From an uncultured Desulfatitalea sp. (GTDB lineage Bacteria > Desulfobacterota > Desulfobacteria > Desulfobacterales > Desulfosarcinaceae), in assembly GCA_963668675.2 (NCBI GenBank), contig CAXXMB010000001.1, forward strand, positions 1,280,001 to 1,344,000: a stretch of 64,000 nucleotides of DNA, in the 5' to 3' direction. Under the pieces are notes generated by a model. The model was not told the origin of the DNA, did not search any database, and saw only the letters and a list, made by a program, of their open reading frames with translations. Positions 30,582 to 41,693 of this stretch are shown in pieces. Every line of letters begins with the position of its first letter. Positions within the stretch are counted from its first letter, which is position 1. The translations under genes were made by a program, and so were the position numbers.

Positions 30582-33500
30582 ATGAAGATCAGAAAATTGG
30601 ATATTGTTGGTTTCAAGTCGTTTTTAGACAAGGCCAGCATCGCTTTTCCACCCGGCATCTCGGCTATCGTGGGGCCGAACGGATGTGGAAAAAGCAACGT
30701 GATCGATGCCTTTCGCTGGGTAATGGGCGAACAGAGCGTCAAGCAACTGCGCGGCAAAAGCAAGGAAGATATCATCTTTTCCGGCGCCAACGGTAAGCCC
30801 CCCCTGAACATGGCCGAGGTGACGATTACCTTGGCCAATGACAACGGCAATGCCCCCGAGGAGTTTCGCGACTACTCGGAAATCAGCGTTACCCGCAGGC
30901 TTTTCAGATCGGGTGAAAGCGCCTATCTGATCAACAGACAACCCTGCCGCCTGAAAGATATCTACAACCTCTTCATGGGCAGCGGTGTGGGTACGAGGAC
31001 CTTCGCCATCATCCAACAGGGCAATATAGGTGCGATCATAGATGCCGGACCGGAGGAACGGCGCCTTTTCTTAGAAGAGGCCGCTGGAGTCACCCGATAT
31101 AAATTTCGTAAGAATGAAGCGTTGCGCAAAGTAAAGTCCACCGAACAAAACCTGCTGCGCCTGAACGATATCATCTCCGAAGTCAATCGCCAGATGGCCG
31201 GTTTGCGACGCCAGGCTAAAAAAGCAGAGCGGTATAGGAACTATCACGACCGCGTCAAGACCATCGACACAAGACTCCTGCTTCACTATTTCGATGATTT
31301 CAGCAACCAGATTCATGAGTCGGAGTCGTTTGTCAAAGAGCTTAAGGATGCCGACCTGGCCCATGTCACCCAACTCAAGAAAATGGATGCGGCAGTCGAG
31401 GAGATCAAACTCAAACGCTGGCAAAAAAACCAGGAGATCGCTGCCCAGAAAAACAGTCGCTTCGAAAATCAGCGCAACATCGATCGCCTCGAGACACAAA
31501 GGGAGCACCTTAAGAGTGAAGCGAGTCGGCTGAGCGGAGAGATTGAAGCCCTGGAACAGGCCGAACAGGATTTGGTTGCCAAATCGGCCACTATCGGTGG
31601 CGAGATCGGTCAGGTCGAAGCACAAAACCAGCGCTTGCAGTCCAATGTGACCACCATCAGATCCGATATTGAAAAGGAACGCAGCGCCACCCATGCCCTT
31701 CAGGAGGAGTTGAGCAACCTCAATCGTGTATCGGAAGAGAACAAAAACAGTCTCATGAGCCTGGTGGCGGAGGAGGCCCGTTATAAAAACATCTACCAAA
31801 CGGTCTCCAACAACAAAGAAAATTTAAAGCGGCGCCTTGTGCGCATTGACGAAGAGGTGGCCCTGTCGTCCAAAAAGGTGGGCATGATCGAAAGTGAGCA
31901 CACCGAGGCGCAACAGCACCTTGAAGAAACCAAAGCGATCATCGAAGGGTATGATGCTCAAATCAATGACCTGAAAACCGCTCTTTCCGAACAGTCGACC
32001 GAGCTGGGCAACCAGGTAAAAAAGACACAGTCATTGGAGCTCGAACGAAACAAAGCGCGGGCCCAACTGGCAACCCTCAAAAAGATGGCCGCCAATTTCG
32101 AATGGTACCGCGACGGCGTTAAAGCCGTCATGAAGGCGAGCCGCCCCCCAACAGAGGGGGATGCCGCCACCGAAGATACGCCCAGACATTTGGAGGGCAT
32201 CATCGGCTTGATGGCCGAACTGATAGAACCTGCGGCCGGTTATGAAAATGCAGTAGAAGCTGTATTGGGTGAAGCACTGCAGTATGTTTTGGTCGAAAGC
32301 CAACAGGCCGGCGTTGAAGCGATCGACTATCTGCAGAGTAGCGGCGCAGGCCGAAGCGGATTCGTACCGGTGTCTCGCATCAAGCCGCTCAGTGCCGATG
32401 CTCAAGCGCAGCCCCCCGCGGAGCAGCGACTGCTCAACCATGTCTCTGTCGCCGAAGAGTTTCGTCCCATCGCCGAAGCGCTTCTTGGCCATGTTGCCGT
32501 TGCGCCTTCACTGTCGGATGCTCTGTCACTGTTCAATCGCAATGGCCGCATCCAGAGCATTGTCACCCCAAACGGCGACGTGGTATCTCACCAGGGCGTC
32601 CTGGTGGGCGGCAGCCAGGATCGGCTTGCGGGCATCCTGTCAAAAAAGATGGAATTGAAGGAGTTGGCCCTTCAGACCGAGGAGATCGAAAAAGATCTGA
32701 CCGCTGCCCATGCCACATTGCAAGTATTGGAAAAGCGCGTCAGGGGGCTTGAGTCCGATCTCCAGCAAGCTATCGCAAACAGAAGCAATGCGGCTGAAGA
32801 TGCCCTGACGGCGGAAAAGCATCTCTATCGGATAGGAGAAGACCTCAAGAATGCAAAACGCCACCAGGAGATCCTCGAACTGGAGCAGGAGCAACTGCTT
32901 GGGGAGGAGAGCGACCTCGATGAAGAGATGGGCAAATACAACCAGGCCCTGTCCAGAATCGAGTCGGAGGTTCGCCAAATCAACGACCAGACCGCTGAAA
33001 ACACAAGGAAAACAAGTGGCGTTGCCGCCCAACTGGAATCCTACAACCAAAAAGTGGTGGATCTGAAACTCGAACTGACCGCCCTGCAGGCCAAACTTGA
33101 AAACGGTGCCAACACACTACAGCGCCTGAAGGAATTTGAACGGGACAGCCAGCTGCGCCTTGAACAGCTCAAAACCGATATCGCTCAGAAGAGAGAGAAG
33201 CACAGCAATGCACTCTCCGGCAGCGATTCCCATGAAGCTTCCCTTAAGCGCCTATACAGCGAACTCAAACAGCTCGAAGAGGTGATGGCCAGTAATGAGA
33301 CAGAGTATCACACCATCGATACCGCGCTGCAAGAAAGCGATGAAAAGCAGGAAGCTATTCGGTCCGAACGCGAAAAAATAGTGGAGAAGATGCGGCTCCT
33401 GGAACTCGACCTGTCCGAAAAGAGGGTCAGGCGCGACAATATCGCTGCCCGGGCACAAGAACGATACCACACCTCTATCGGCGACCTGAGAATGAAGGTG

Positions 33501-34184
33501 TCTCAGGAGAATGAGGTAAAAATGTCGCTGCCCGAGATGGAAAAGGAGGTCGAGAGACTGCGCAGCAAAATTGCCAGTATCGGCGATGTCAATCTTGGAG
33601 CCATCAAAGAGTATGAAGAGCTCACGGAGCGCTTTGAATTTCTCAGTGCCCAGAGAGATGACCTGGTCAAAGCGATAGAAGATTTGCACAAGGTGATCCG
33701 CAAGATAAACCGGATTACCCAGGAACGCTTCATCTCCACCTACGAACAGGTCAATGGCAAACTCAAGGAGGTCTTCCCCAAACTGTTTGAAGGGGGATCG
33801 GCACGACTGGAATTGACAGATCCCAGTAAGCCCCTGGAGACGGGCGTCGAGTACATGGTCCATCCGCCGGGCAAAAAGCTGACCCGCATGAGCCTGCTTT
33901 CAGGTGGAGAGAAAGCGCTCTCCGCCATCGCTTTTATCTTTGCCATTTTCCTGATAAGGCCAACATCGTTCTGCCTGCTGGATGAAATCGATGCGCCCCT
34001 GGATGAGGCCAACGTAGTTCGTTTCAACAACCTCATGCAGGTGATCGGTGAAAAATCACAAATCATCATGATCACCCACAACAAGAGAAGCATGGAGTTC
34101 GCGGAAATGCTGTTCGGTGTCACCATGGAACAGAAGGGCATTTCAAAAGTCGTCTCCGTAAATTTGCAGGGAAAGGCTGCCTGA
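30582..34184 (+). CDS. smc: Chromosome segregation protein SMC
   Basis: GFKSF, GPNGCGKSN, hinge, LSGGEK, LLDEIDAPLD. Confidence 0.97.
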   Translation: MKIRKLDIVGFKSFLDKASIAFPPGISAIVGPNGCGKSNVIDAFRWVMGEQSVKQLRGKSKEDIIFSGANGKPPLNMAEVTITLANDNGNAPEEFRDYSEISVTRRLFRSGESAYLINRQPCRLKDIYNLFMGSGVGTRTFAIIQQGNIGAIIDAGPEERRLFLEEAAGVTRYKFRKNEALRKVKSTEQNLLRLNDIISEVNRQMAGLRRQAKKAERYRNYHDRVKTIDTRLLLHYFDDFSNQIHESESFVKELKDADLAHVTQLKKMDAAVEEIKLKRWQKNQEIAAQKNSRFENQRNIDRLETQREHLKSEASRLSGEIEALEQAEQDLVAKSATIGGEIGQVEAQNQRLQSNVTTIRSDIEKERSATHALQEELSNLNRVSEENKNSLMSLVAEEARYKNIYQTVSNNKENLKRRLVRIDEEVALSSKKVGMIESEHTEAQQHLEETKAIIEGYDAQINDLKTALSEQSTELGNQVKKTQSLELERNKARAQLATLKKMAANFEWYRDGVKAVMKASRPPTEGDAATEDTPRHLEGIIGLMAELIEPAAGYENAVEAVLGEALQYVLVESQQAGVEAIDYLQSSGAGRSGFVPVSRIKPLSADAQAQPPAEQRLLNHVSVAEEFRPIAEALLGHVAVAPSLSDALSLFNRNGRIQSIVTPNGDVVSHQGVLVGGSQDRLAGILSKKMELKELALQTEEIEKDLTAAHATLQVLEKRVRGLESDLQQAIANRSNAAEDALTAEKHLYRIGEDLKNAKRHQEILELEQEQLLGEESDLDEEMGKYNQALSRIESEVRQINDQTAENTRKTSGVAAQLESYNQKVVDLKLELTALQAKLENGANTLQRLKEFERDSQLRLEQLKTDIAQKREKHSNALSGSDSHEASLKRLYSELKQLEEVMASNETEYHTIDTALQESDEKQEAIRSEREKIVEKMRLLELDLSEKRVRRDNIAARAQERYHTSIGDLRMKVSQENEVKMSLPEMEKEVERLRSKIASIGDVNLGAIKEYEELTERFEFLSAQRDDLVKAIEDLHKVIRKINRITQERFISTYEQVNGKLKEVFPKLFEGGSARLELTDPSKPLETGVEYMVHPPGKKLTRMSLLSGGEKALSAIAFIFAIFLIRPTSFCLLDEIDAPLDEANVVRFNNLMQVIGEKSQIIMITHNKRSMEFAEMLFGVTMEQKGISKVVSVNLQGKAA

Positions 34185-34202
34185 ACAAAGGCAGAAACGC
34201 AT

Positions 34203-35330
34203 ATGGCACTCTGGTTTAAAAAAAAGAGTAAGGCCGAAAGTAGCTCCGGCGAAGAAAAAATATCAGAAGGTAAAGAGACCATCGAAACTGTTTCGGAGCA
34301 GGCGTATCCGGAGCAACCTTCGGGATCTGTGGAGAGTGTGCTGGAATCCACTGCAGACGTCTTAGATGCCTCTTATCAAAAGGCGGACAGCGCTGAGCCA
34401 ACCGATAAACCCGCCAGCCAAAAACAGGGATTGTTTTCGCGGCTCAAACGCGGATTGGCCAAGACCAGAGAGATTCTCACCACCGATATCGAAGATGTCT
34501 TCGCCGGTAAAACGCAGATCGACGAAGAGATGTTGGAGGAGATCGAAGAGCTGCTGATCACATCGGATATCGGTGTCCAAACCACCATGGATCTGATGGA
34601 GACCATTTCGCGCAAGGCCAGAAAGATCAGCAGTCCCGATGAGTTGAAAGAGACGATTAAACAAGCCATCCTCTCTTTAATGGAGGATACGACGTCGCCG
34701 ACGGTGCCCAAACAGATGGGCAAACCGCATGTCATTATGGTCATCGGCGTCAACGGGGTGGGAAAAACGACGACCATCGGCAAACTGGCGGCACGCAGGG
34801 TTCTGGAGGGTGAGAAGGTGCTCATCGCAGCGGCTGACACCTTCCGCGCAGCAGCAGTCGAACAGTTGGCCATCTGGGCGGATCGCGCCGGAGCCGATTT
34901 CGTCCGACACAAGGAGAATGCAGACCCTGCCGCCGTTGCGTACGACGGGATGCAGGCCGCCATCGCCCGAGACATCGATACGGTTTTCATCGATACTGCC
35001 GGAAGACTTCACACCAAAGTCAACCTGATGGAGGAGTTGAAAAAAATTCAGCGCACCATCTCCAAAACAGCACCCCAAGCCCCCCATGAAATCATCCTTG
35101 TCTTGGATGCCACAACAGGCCAAAATGCGCTATCTCAAGCCAAACTGTTCCATGAATCGATTGGGATCACCGGGCTTGCGCTCACTAAGCTGGATGGTAC
35201 GGCCAAGGGTGGCATCGTGGTGAGCATTTGCCAGCAGCTCAAACTTCCCCTTCTGTATGTTGGTGTTGGCGAAGGGATCGATGATCTGCAAACATTCGAT
35301 CCCAATCAATTCGTCAACGCCCTTTTCTAG
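34203..35330 (+). CDS. ftsY: SRP receptor FtsY
   Basis: GVNGVGKTT, DTFRAAA, DTAGR, TKLDGTAKGG. Confidence 0.97.
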   Translation: MALWFKKKSKAESSSGEEKISEGKETIETVSEQAYPEQPSGSVESVLESTADVLDASYQKADSAEPTDKPASQKQGLFSRLKRGLAKTREILTTDIEDVFAGKTQIDEEMLEEIEELLITSDIGVQTTMDLMETISRKARKISSPDELKETIKQAILSLMEDTTSPTVPKQMGKPHVIMVIGVNGVGKTTTIGKLAARRVLEGEKVLIAAADTFRAAAVEQLAIWADRAGADFVRHKENADPAAVAYDGMQAAIARDIDTVFIDTAGRLHTKVNLMEELKKIQRTISKTAPQAPHEIILVLDATTGQNALSQAKLFHESIGITGLALTKLDGTAKGGIVVSICQQLKLPLLYVGVGEGIDDLQTFDPNQFVNALF

Positions 35331-35392
35331 ATCCTTTGCCCGATGGGGTCTTTTATATTGACACCCTTTGCGAGGCTACTATATGAGGCATA

Positions 35393-35522
35393 GTTATTAA
35401 ACCGGCAATTAAATAGGCCAACCCTTGTCATCCCGGACTTGATCCGGGATCCGGGAACGGTCTGGATTCCGGCCTGCGCCGGAATGACGATTGCTAAGGT
35501 AATTAATTGCCGGGTTAATAGC
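35393..35522. repeat. MITE-like palindromic element containing two REP-like hairpins
   Basis: 23-bp terminal inverted repeats with 3 mismatches (GTTATTAAACCGGCAATTAAATA and TAATTAATTGCCGGGTTAATAGC) enclosing GTCATCCCGGACTTGATCCGGGATC and GATTCCGGCCTGCGCCGGAATGAC. Confidence 0.75.
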
Positions 35523-35565
35523 GGAATGTTTGGCAATCACACCTATTCAAGGGGGGAACAGCACC

Positions 35566-35838
35566 ATGACCAAGGCAGAAATCGTAGAAAAAATGGCCAA
35601 GGATGCAACCATTTCCAAAACAGCGGCTGCAGCTGCACTTAACTCCTTCATCACAACAGTGACCAAATCATTGAAGAAGAAAGACGGCAAGGTTACACTC
35701 GTTGGGTTTGGCACATTCGCCAAGGTTCGCCGAAAAGCAAGAAAAGGCCGTAACCCCCAAACCGGTGAAGTGATCAAAATCAAAGCCAGCAACGGAGTTA
35801 AATTCCGCGCTGGGAAAAAGCTCAAGGAAGCGATCTGA
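35566..35838 (+). CDS. hup: Histone-like DNA-binding protein HU
   Basis: MTKAEIV...GFGTF...RKGRNPQTG...FRAGK. Confidence 0.95.
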   Translation: MTKAEIVEKMAKDATISKTAAAAALNSFITTVTKSLKKKDGKVTLVGFGTFAKVRRKARKGRNPQTGEVIKIKASNGVKFRAGKKLKEAI

Positions 35839-35914
35839 ACGATTTTCTTTTTGGGTAGAAAATGGTCGGATGTTTCGAGTTGATTCTATCCAGTGGATTT
35901 CGATATGCGAAATG

Positions 35915-35953
35915 ATGAAAAGGCGGCAAGGCGGTGTCCGGCCGCTTTTTCAT
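35915..35953. terminator. Probable bidirectional terminator
   Basis: ATGAAAAGGCGGC pairs with GCCGCTTTTTCAT between convergent hup and acyP. Confidence 0.6.
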
Positions 35954-36022
35954 TTGTATTGTTCCGTGCGTTGTGCTGCATCGACGTCTTGCGAGTCTAA
36001 GAACCGAAACGGGGCCAACCTG

Positions 36023-36304
36023 TCAACGCCGTATCCTGAAGCCGTCCATGTCCCCCACCCACGGCTGCCACGCCACTTGCACGTTGGAGACAGTGGCAAG
36101 TGGTGAGCCGTTGTGGCACCACTCAATAGCAGCATTGACCGCCTCAGCGTCACCTTCGAAAAGTGCCTCCACCGTACCGTCCGGCAGATTGCGAACCCAT
36201 CCGGCAACACCGATCCTCTGGGCAGCCCGCCGCGTTTCGTCTCTGAAAAAAACACCCTGCACTCGGCCGAATATGATCACATTCGCCCTTACGTTTTTTT
36301 CCAT
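36023..36304 (-). CDS. acyP: Acylphosphatase
   Basis: GRVQGVFFR, GWVRNLPDGTVE. Confidence 0.95.
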   Translation of the reverse strand: MEKNVRANVIIFGRVQGVFFRDETRRAAQRIGVAGWVRNLPDGTVEALFEGDAEAVNAAIEWCHNGSPLATVSNVQVAWQPWVGDMDGFRIRR

Positions 36305-36355
36305 ATGCGCCCCCTTTTCAGCTCGAAGCTTCCGCATCGTTGCCTGCAGGGCAAC

Positions 36356-38197
36356 TCACACTTCGCTGTTGTGGCCTATGAGCTGATAGTACTCCTCTTC
36401 GGAAAGCCGTCGGATGCCCAATCGAGCCGCTTTGTCCAGCTTGGTTTGCCCCACCTTCTCTCCACAGACAAGCAGATCCGTCGCCTTATTGACAGCCGTC
36501 TGTACGGTGGCACCTAAACGCTGAGCTTCAGCCTTCATCGCGTCACGGCTTCCGCGCTGCATTTTTCCGGTAAATACGATCTTCTTGCCGGCCACCGGGC
36601 TTTGGATAAACTTCTCCTCCGCCGATAGAGGCGACCGCTCCAAATTGAACCCCAACGACATCAGGTGGAGAAAGGTGTCCCGCACCTCTTCCAGTCCCTG
36701 TGCAATGGCACTGCTGGTGATCGGGCCAAACCCGTCGATCTGTGCAATGCGGTCGGCGTCGATGCCGACCAGCTTGTCGATCTCTACCTGCCGAAGCAGT
36801 TTTCGGCTATCGCCTACCCCCAAGTCCGGCACACCCAGGGCGGCCAGAAAGCGCCAATCTTCAACCGATTTTGTTCTGCTGACCATGAGGGCCTGCATCA
36901 GATTTCGGGACTGCACCGGTCCGAATCCCATATCGACAAAGTCGGATTCCGCCATGGCGTATATCTTTTCGAGCGAGTCGTACCCCGCCTCCACAAGCTT
37001 TTCAATGGTTTTGATGCCGAACCAATCGGCGGTTCCCAGAACGCGAAACCAGTGACTGATGCGTTGCCTGGTCTGGGCCGGACAGTTCATATGGGTGCAA
37101 CGAAGGAAATCTCCCCTCCAAGTAAGCTCCAATCCGCAGGCCGGACAAAGCTGCGGCAGGGTAACCTCCTTTACGGGTTCAACGACCCTTTCCAGTTTCG
37201 GAATCACTTCTCCACTGCGAATGATTTCGATCTTCGCCCCAGGGCCGATCATCTGCTTTGCCACCATGCCTGCATGGTGAGCTGTGACCCGCCGAATCGT
37301 TGCTCCTGAGAGAGACACGGGTTCGACCTCCATCACCGGCGTCACGTTACCGGTACGTCCAACCTGCCAATGGATCTGGTTAACTGTGGTGACGCTGGTC
37401 TCCCCCCTGCTCTTTACGGCAATCTGCCAACGGTAGTGATGGGCCGTCGCCCCCATGTGCGCTTTGATTTCCGGGTTGTTTACCTCCACGACCAGACCAT
37501 CCACGGGATAGTCGACATCGGACAACACCTCCAGGCGAATCCGATCGAGCTCATCGAGCAGCCGTCGTCCATCTCCCTGCCAGGCGGGCAATTGATTGTA
37601 AGGGACAAATCTCACCTGCCCTTCAGCCAAGGCCTGCTGTGCGTCTTCATTCAAGGTGTCCGAAGAGATGATCCCCACCACCATGTTGCGCGGGTGTTCG
37701 AATCTATCCGCCATCTGCGCATCGAAGTAGGATTTGACAACCACGATCTCACCCAGGCCGTGCCCCCTGCCCCCCACGGGGACCACCCCTTTGTCGAAAG
37801 CGGTGCTGATGTCATACCCGACCAGTCCATTCCCCCGGCTGGCAAGCACCTGTCCATCGTCGCGTCCGGCTAGCCCATCAAGCTTGGGGGTCACCTTAAA
37901 CGTAACGCTATGGACGCCAATAATAACAGCCTCTTTCAAGACGCGGTTGACGAAGCGTTCAAGCTGATCCCGATCGTATGCCTTCTCCGTAGAGAGCATC
38001 GGTTCGGGATGACGAGCCTCCCGCCGTCCGGGAAGTGTTTCTGGCTCCACCTGCTTTAGGTATGGATGCTGCGGATCGAGCCCCCTCAACTTTTCTACCA
38101 GACGGTCGTAGGTGGCATCATCTACGAGGGGTTGACCACTTCGGTAAGCGTCATTGTATTTTTGAAGTAGGGCGGCAAGCTGTTCAGTATCGTCCAT
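36356..38197 (-). CDS. ligA: NAD-dependent DNA ligase (compact LigA family)
   Basis: YNDAY...DDATYD, KLDG, DGLV, GRTG, RSGEVIP, Cys4 zinc finger, HhH, BRCT (VFTG). Confidence 0.85.
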   Translation of the reverse strand: MDDTEQLAALLQKYNDAYRSGQPLVDDATYDRLVEKLRGLDPQHPYLKQVEPETLPGRREARHPEPMLSTEKAYDRDQLERFVNRVLKEAVIIGVHSVTFKVTPKLDGLAGRDDGQVLASRGNGLVGYDISTAFDKGVVPVGGRGHGLGEIVVVKSYFDAQMADRFEHPRNMVVGIISSDTLNEDAQQALAEGQVRFVPYNQLPAWQGDGRRLLDELDRIRLEVLSDVDYPVDGLVVEVNNPEIKAHMGATAHHYRWQIAVKSRGETSVTTVNQIHWQVGRTGNVTPVMEVEPVSLSGATIRRVTAHHAGMVAKQMIGPGAKIEIIRSGEVIPKLERVVEPVKEVTLPQLCPACGLELTWRGDFLRCTHMNCPAQTRQRISHWFRVLGTADWFGIKTIEKLVEAGYDSLEKIYAMAESDFVDMGFGPVQSRNLMQALMVSRTKSVEDWRFLAALGVPDLGVGDSRKLLRQVEIDKLVGIDADRIAQIDGFGPITSSAIAQGLEEVRDTFLHLMSLGFNLERSPLSAEEKFIQSPVAGKKIVFTGKMQRGSRDAMKAEAQRLGATVQTAVNKATDLLVCGEKVGQTKLDKAARLGIRRLSEEEYYQLIGHNSEV

Positions 38198-38229
38198 TTT
38201 GATATGAGTAAGGTTGCATGTTTTGGGGC

Positions 38230-38484
38230 TTAGGCCGGGCCGACCAGTTTTCCCATCTCATCTTTAATCTCATCGATGATGTCATAGAAGAACATCAGGT
38301 CCTCGATGGTCAACCGCCCAGCCTTGGCCGGTGCACGCTCAGTACCATCCTTTTTGAGCAATATTCTCGGACCGATCTGAACCTTGGCCTCTCCACCGTC
38401 ATACCGCTGAATGGAGACCATCAGGCCGGTCTCTTCGCAGCGCCACTTTTTTATCACTTCATCCTTATTGGGATCGTATGGCAT
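38230..38484 (-). CDS. Small hypothetical protein
   Basis: AAGGAG RBS; 84 aa with beta-strands followed by a helix; co-oriented with neighbours. Confidence 0.7.
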   Translation of the reverse strand: MPYDPNKDEVIKKWRCEETGLMVSIQRYDGGEAKVQIGPRILLKKDGTERAPAKAGRLTIEDLMFFYDIIDEIKDEMGKLVGPA

Positions 38485-38566
38485 AGGGGCTCCTTCCTTT
38501 CAATATCGACACCCCGCTCGGCTACCGGCAATCACTGCCGGTCCCTGGCGTGGTTGGTTTCGTGTG

Positions 38567-40633
38567 TCAGGTCGCAATTTTTGAAAAATCGGCAATGCGA
38601 TTGAAGAGGTTCGCAATGGCATTCAGCAGCGCCAGGCGATTGCAGCGCAGCGCCTTGTCTTCACTCATAACCATGACGTCATCGAAAAACCGATCCACCG
38701 GCGTCCGCAAGGTGGCGATCTTCGTAAGAACGGAGGTCATGTCGCCAGCATCGAAACTGGCCGCTGTCTCCTGCTTTACGTTCAGGTAGGCCTCGTATAA
38801 GTCTCCCTCTGAAGCCTCTTGGAACAGAGCGGCATCCGGCGTTTCTGGAAAAGCATCTTCCGATTTGCGCAGAATGTTAACGGCTCGCTTGAAAGCCACG
38901 GCCAGAGGCTCGAAGTCGGAGGCGCCTTTGAGCTGCTGCAGTGCAGCGACCCGTTGCCACACATTGGGAATGTGATCCACGGATACGCTGGTTACGGCAG
39001 CAATGAGGTCTTTTGCAAAGCCCTCCTCGGCCAGCATATGGGCAATACGCTTTCGGATAAAGGCATAAACGGCGGCCTCCGTCTCGCTACGGTCGCTGGG
39101 AGAAAATGGATTCAGCGCCTTGGAAATAACCTGCTTTAATGAGAATTCGAGATTGTGTGCAAACACGATCTGAACGATGCCGATTCCCTGTCTTCGCAGT
39201 GCATAGGGATCAGAGGCACCGGTGGGGATCAGACCGACCGAAAAACAGCCGCAGATGGAGTCGAGTTTATCGGCAATGGCCAACAGGGCTCCGGTGCGCT
39301 TTTCAGGCAACGGCCCACCGGAGTAAGTCGGCCGATAGTGCTCTTCGATCGCTAAGGCCACATCTTCATCCTCTCCGGCCGCCTTTGCGTAGATCCGCCC
39401 CATCTTGCCTTGGAGTTCCGGGAACTCACCAACCACCTGGCAAACGAGATCGGCTTTGCACAGGTGGGCTGCCCGGGTCACAGAGGTCTGAATTTCGGGC
39501 GCTGCGACCCCGGCCAGATAGCCGGCCATCTGCTGCACCCGCTCAACCTTAGCACGCATGGTACCCAGCTTGGCCTGGAAAAGAACCCCGTCAAGCTGAT
39601 CGCACCACACCTCCATAGGTTGCTTCAGGTCGGCCCGGTAAAAGAACTGCGCATCGGACAAACGGGCGCGCAATACCCGTTCATGGCCTTTGGCGACCAA
39701 TGCCATGTCCTTGGTGCGCGTGTTGTTCACGGCCACAAAACACGGCATCAAATTTCCGTCCGCATCGTTGACGGCAAAGTACTTCTGATGCTCTCGCATG
39801 GAGGTGATTAAAATCTCACGTGGCAATTCAAGAAATTCATCATCAAAGCGGCCGCCGGTAGCGATAGGAATCTCGACCAGATTGGTTACGATATCGAGCA
39901 GCGCCTCATCCTCAACGATCGTGCCTCCCATCTTTCTGGCCGCAGCATCTACCTCATCGCGCACCATCTCTCTGCGCAGCCCGATCTCTACAATCACGTT
40001 CACTTTCCTGAGCGCTTCAACATATTCGTGCGCACTCTCAATCTTAACACGCTTGCGGTTCATGAACATGTGGCCGCATGCGTGGCGGCCGCTTTTCAGC
40101 CGCCCCCCTATCGTAAAGGGGATGACCGACGTTCCCAGCAGGGCGACGATGGTCTGAATCGGTCGGGCAAATGATATGGAGAGATCCGACCAGCGCATGG
40201 TTTTGGGAAATGGGATGTTTAGGATGATCTCAGGGAGCTTTTGTTTCAGGAAATTCTTGGTTGTGGTACCCTTATCCGTGACGGAGGCGCACAGGTAGCG
40301 CCCTTTCTCCGTCTCCACGATCTCCAGTCGCTCGGGCGCAAGCCCCACTTTTTCGGCAAACTTGCGGGCGGGTATGGTGAATCCACCCTTATCGTCAAAC
40401 GCAATCCGCTCGGGTGGCCCCATCACCTGTTCGGTCTGCGACCGCTGGCGCAGTGCCACCTCGTCGACCATCGCCACCAGGCGGCGCGGCGTGCCATGCG
40501 AGGCGACGGTGCCGTGGTCGATGCGGGCATCTGACAACACTTTGGACAAGGCGGTTGTCAAAGCATCCAGGGCGGGTTGAATGTATCCTGCGGGAATCTC
40601 TTCGGTCCCTATTTCAAGAAGCAAGCGTTCCAT
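38567..40633 (-). CDS. glyS: Glycine-tRNA ligase beta subunit
   Basis: LLEIGTEEIP, TPRR, EFPELQG, DPYALRR. Confidence 0.97.
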   Translation of the reverse strand: MERLLLEIGTEEIPAGYIQPALDALTTALSKVLSDARIDHGTVASHGTPRRLVAMVDEVALRQRSQTEQVMGPPERIAFDDKGGFTIPARKFAEKVGLAPERLEIVETEKGRYLCASVTDKGTTTKNFLKQKLPEIILNIPFPKTMRWSDLSISFARPIQTIVALLGTSVIPFTIGGRLKSGRHACGHMFMNRKRVKIESAHEYVEALRKVNVIVEIGLRREMVRDEVDAAARKMGGTIVEDEALLDIVTNLVEIPIATGGRFDDEFLELPREILITSMREHQKYFAVNDADGNLMPCFVAVNNTRTKDMALVAKGHERVLRARLSDAQFFYRADLKQPMEVWCDQLDGVLFQAKLGTMRAKVERVQQMAGYLAGVAAPEIQTSVTRAAHLCKADLVCQVVGEFPELQGKMGRIYAKAAGEDEDVALAIEEHYRPTYSGGPLPEKRTGALLAIADKLDSICGCFSVGLIPTGASDPYALRRQGIGIVQIVFAHNLEFSLKQVISKALNPFSPSDRSETEAAVYAFIRKRIAHMLAEEGFAKDLIAAVTSVSVDHIPNVWQRVAALQQLKGASDFEPLAVAFKRAVNILRKSEDAFPETPDAALFQEASEGDLYEAYLNVKQETAASFDAGDMTSVLTKIATLRTPVDRFFDDVMVMSEDKALRCNRLALLNAIANLFNRIADFSKIAT

Positions 40634-40710
40634 ATACACCTCGATCCATCATAACGGCTTTTGGCATGCACAGTGGATTTCACAATCGCCACAGCGGTTC
40701 GAACACAGCG

Positions 40711-41580
40711 TTACTTCGGCAGCAGGGGAAACCCCATATCTTCTCGCTGTTTGAGATAGGCCTCAGCCGATGCACGGGCCAAATTGCGAATGCGCCCGAT
40801 GTAGCCAGTGCGTTCGGTGACGCTGATCGCGCCACGCGCATCTAGCAGGTTAAACGTGTGCGAGCATTTAAGGCAGTACTCATACGCCGGCAGAACCATG
40901 CCTTCAGCAGCGACGCGCTGGGACTCCGCCTCGTAAAGGTTGAACAGCGAAAGCAGCATCTTCACATCGGCCAACTCAAAATTATAGGTCGACTGCTCCA
41001 CTTCTTGCTGATGGTGGACATCGCCGTAAGTTGTTTTCTCATTCCACTGCAGATCGTAAACATTGTCCACACCCTGTAAGTACATGGTGATGCGCTCAAG
41101 GCCATAGGTCAATTCGACGGAGACAGGCGACAATTCGATACTGCCGGCTTGTTGGAAGTAGGTAAACTGGGTTATCTCCATGCCGTCGAGCCACACTTCC
41201 CAACCCAAACCGGAGGCCCCCAGGGTGGGCGATTCCCAATCATCTTCCACAAAGCGGATGTCGTGTTCGAGTGGATCGACGCCCAACACCTTCATGCTGT
41301 CGAGGTAGAGGCGCTGAACATCCTGTGGGGAGGGTTTCAAAATCACCTGGTACTGATAGTAGTGCTGCAACCGGTTGGGATTTTCACCGTAACGGCCGTC
41401 CGTAGGCCGCCGTGAAGGTTGGACATATGCCACATTCCACGGTTCGGGTCCCAATGCTTTGAGCAGGGTGGTCGGATGAAACGTCCCGGCACCGACCTCC
41501 AAATCGTAAGGCTGCACAAGAAGGCACCCTTTGCGTGCCCAGAACTTGTGCAGCGCTAAAATCACGTCCTGAAAATACAT
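40711..41580 (-). CDS. glyQ: Glycine-tRNA ligase alpha subunit
   Basis: [29 protein letters not shown]. Confidence 0.98.
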   Translation of the reverse strand: MYFQDVILALHKFWARKGCLLVQPYDLEVGAGTFHPTTLLKALGPEPWNVAYVQPSRRPTDGRYGENPNRLQHYYQYQVILKPSPQDVQRLYLDSMKVLGVDPLEHDIRFVEDDWESPTLGASGLGWEVWLDGMEITQFTYFQQAGSIELSPVSVELTYGLERITMYLQGVDNVYDLQWNEKTTYGDVHHQQEVEQSTYNFELADVKMLLSLFNLYEAESQRVAAEGMVLPAYEYCLKCSHTFNLLDARGAISVTERTGYIGRIRNLARASAEAYLKQREDMGFPLLPK

Positions 41581-41693
41581 CGTATTCCCCTTGCCTGGTT
41601 AAGGGCTCGTGCAAGAATGGGTTCACATTTCAGGCAAGCCCTAAGTTGTTTCGAATCCTAATGGTCGGCCTGTTTACCACCATTCCATATGAA

